IMG/VR virus record: IMGVR_UViG_3300036985_002246
Span: 32,001 to 96,000 of that record
Origin: a virus
Reading direction: 5' to 3' (one strand)
Length of the DNA: 64,000 bases
Shown here: positions 62,482 through 64,000 of the stretch, piece by piece
How the letters are laid out: the number at the start of each line of letters is the position of its first letter
How positions within the stretch are numbered: position 1 is the stretch's first letter
Position numbers and translations under genes: made by a program
The notes under the pieces: generated by a model
The model's input: the letters and a program-made list of their open reading frames with translations, nothing else
What the model was told of the DNA's origin: nothing
Database searches by the model: none

Positions 62482-63213
62482 ATGAACAGTGGATTCCAGG
62501 AGTTCGGCTACGGTGAGGGCGACGACAAGGTCGGAGCCAAGAGCAAGCGGTTCAAGGCGAAGGAGGGCGAGAAGTACCGCGTCAGCTTCGTCTGGTGGCC
62601 CGGCATGGAGGAGGGCAAGCCCAACCTCGACGCCGCGACGCCGAAGTTCATTGGCTGCAAGCGCCTCTACCTCGCGGGCGTCGGCTACTTCATCGACAAG
62701 GGGCCGGAGTTCGCGAAGATCGCCGGGGCGTCCTCGAAGATGCAAGTCGCCACGCTGATCTGCGTGTGGCCGACCGACTCGAAGGGCAATCTCGACAAGG
62801 GCCGGTTCCAGAGCGGTGACTTCACGGTCATGCCGTGGATCATCAGCACCGACAAGTACCGGAATATCGAGCAGAACCACAAGGAGTTCCCGCTCGGCCA
62901 GCACGACCTGTCGCTGACCTGCACGGACACCCAGTACCAGAAGATCACGATCTCGCCGTGCCGGGAGAACCTCTTCCGCAAGCTCTACGAGAAGGACCCG
63001 GCGAAGGCGGCGGACATCATCGCGCAAGCCAGGGAGGGTATCGCCGCGATCCACGGCGAACTCGCTCAGGACCTGACGATCGACCAGATCAAGGAGAAGC
63101 TCGGTCGCCAGTCGTCCGGCCCCGGTGGCGGCGGCAACGGCGGCGGGGGCGCGGGGATCGCAGCGTCGGACAGCAAGCAGTTCGACACCATGCTCGACGA
63201 CATTCTCGGCTGA
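62482..63213 (+). CDS. putative phage ssDNA-binding protein (gp32-like)
   Basis: KRFKAKEGEKYRVSF N-terminus, Gly-rich linker, acidic tail FDTMLDDILG. Confidence 0.55.
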   Translation: MNSGFQEFGYGEGDDKVGAKSKRFKAKEGEKYRVSFVWWPGMEEGKPNLDAATPKFIGCKRLYLAGVGYFIDKGPEFAKIAGASSKMQVATLICVWPTDSKGNLDKGRFQSGDFTVMPWIISTDKYRNIEQNHKEFPLGQHDLSLTCTDTQYQKITISPCRENLFRKLYEKDPAKAADIIAQAREGIAAIHGELAQDLTIDQIKEKLGRQSSGPGGGGNGGGGAGIAASDSKQFDTMLDDILG

Positions 63214-63358
63214 GCACTTCCCGCTGCGGGTTGCAGCGGTCCCGCTTCGCGGCGGGAGAAGAGGGCACTCCCCTCAACAGCCCGGCCATACCACTGACCC
63301 CCGACTCGGCTTCCCACAAGGCTGGGCCGGGGGTCAGTCTTTTGCCCCTCCGGAGCCC

Positions 63359-64000
63359 ATGCTCGTACTCGGATTGGACCCCAGCCTCACGAATTTCGGG
63401 TGGGCGCTACACGACTCGCTCGCTACGGGTGCAGGCCGGTGTGTCAGCCGTGGGAGGTTTGCGACGAAGGCCAGCATGACCTTCGTGGACCGCTATGTGT
63501 TCATGCGGGAGTCGCTCCGGCAACTGCTTCAGGACACCAAGCCTGACAGGGTCGGGATTGAGTCCCCCGTCTTCAACGACCTGTTCTCGGAGGGAATGTA
63601 CGGGCTGTTCCTGTACTCCAACGAGGCACTCAGGATCGAGCAGAAGGACGTGGTGTACTTCTCCCCAGGGCAGGGGAAGGCGCACGCCCGAGAGACTCTC
63701 GGTCGCCCGGACAAGTGGAAAATGCTCAAGGCAGACATGGTTGCTGCTGCCAGGCATGACACGGGTGGCGGGACCTGGAACCACAACGAGGCAGACGCCT
63801 ACCTGATTGCAAGGCTGGCGGCCCGCTTCTGGGACTTCTTCGAGGGCAATCTCGACGAGGCCGCACTCACCCCTGTAGAGCGTAAGCAGTTTCTCCTGAT
63901 CCACACCTTCCAACGAGGGAAGCGTGCAGGACACACGGTCAAGAAGGGGCTCCTCTATCGAGAGGAGGACCGCTTCTTCCGTTGGTCCCAAGTATCACCC
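63359..64000 (+). CDS. ruvC: RuvC-like Holliday junction resolvase (3' end off window)
   Basis: Manual translation MLVLGLDPSLTNFGWA...VGIESP...NHNEADAYLIA. Confidence 0.85.
   Translation, partial: MLVLGLDPSLTNFGWALHDSLATGAGRCVSRGRFATKASMTFVDRYVFMRESLRQLLQDTKPDRVGIESPVFNDLFSEGMYGLFLYSNEALRIEQKDVVYFSPGQGKAHARETLGRPDKWKMLKADMVAAARHDTGGGTWNHNEADAYLIARLAARFWDFFEGNLDEAALTPVERKQFLLIHTFQRGKRAGHTVKKGLLYREEDRFFRWSQVSP

Overview
This 64-kb window looks like part of a large, high-GC tailed-phage genome. The evidence is dense small hypothetical ORFs, virion and lysis genes, T4-like replication and recombination genes and a very large tRNA array; no rRNA and no CRISPR array were seen. The host cannot be determined from sequence alone. 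Left part (1-31 kb): a partial GIY-YIG homing endonuclease, nucleotide-metabolism genes (NDT-like, dcd, thyX), a divergent AAA+/VWA (CobS/CobT-like) pair, SET, Dps-like, GroEL, amidase, C39 peptidase, ASCH-like, FmdB, SspB and a Mesh1-like HD hydrolase. Many operons there are preceded by a recurrent GTG(A/T)AAA-N15-CGCTT promoter-like motif. Middle (31-45 kb): modular proteins sharing leader and linker motifs, two paralogous Gly-rich fibres and a divergent pair of sigma-like genes. Right part (45.5-55 kb): 42 tRNA genes covering all 20 amino acids, three HNH genes and a Ro60/TROVE (Rsr) gene. Then come clamp-loader subunits, class II RNR, RecD2, SSB and a partial RuvC. The standout observation is eight dispersed Y-RNA-like genes in and just upstream of the tRNA array. 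They share a covarying terminal stem and GAATRC / GANTACA / CTYGTC motifs but carry different internal modules (minimal loops, circularly permuted tRNA-like domains, a duplicated hairpin cassette). This suggests an expanded phage Ro60-Y RNA system. All RNA structures were derived by eye and need computational confirmation.
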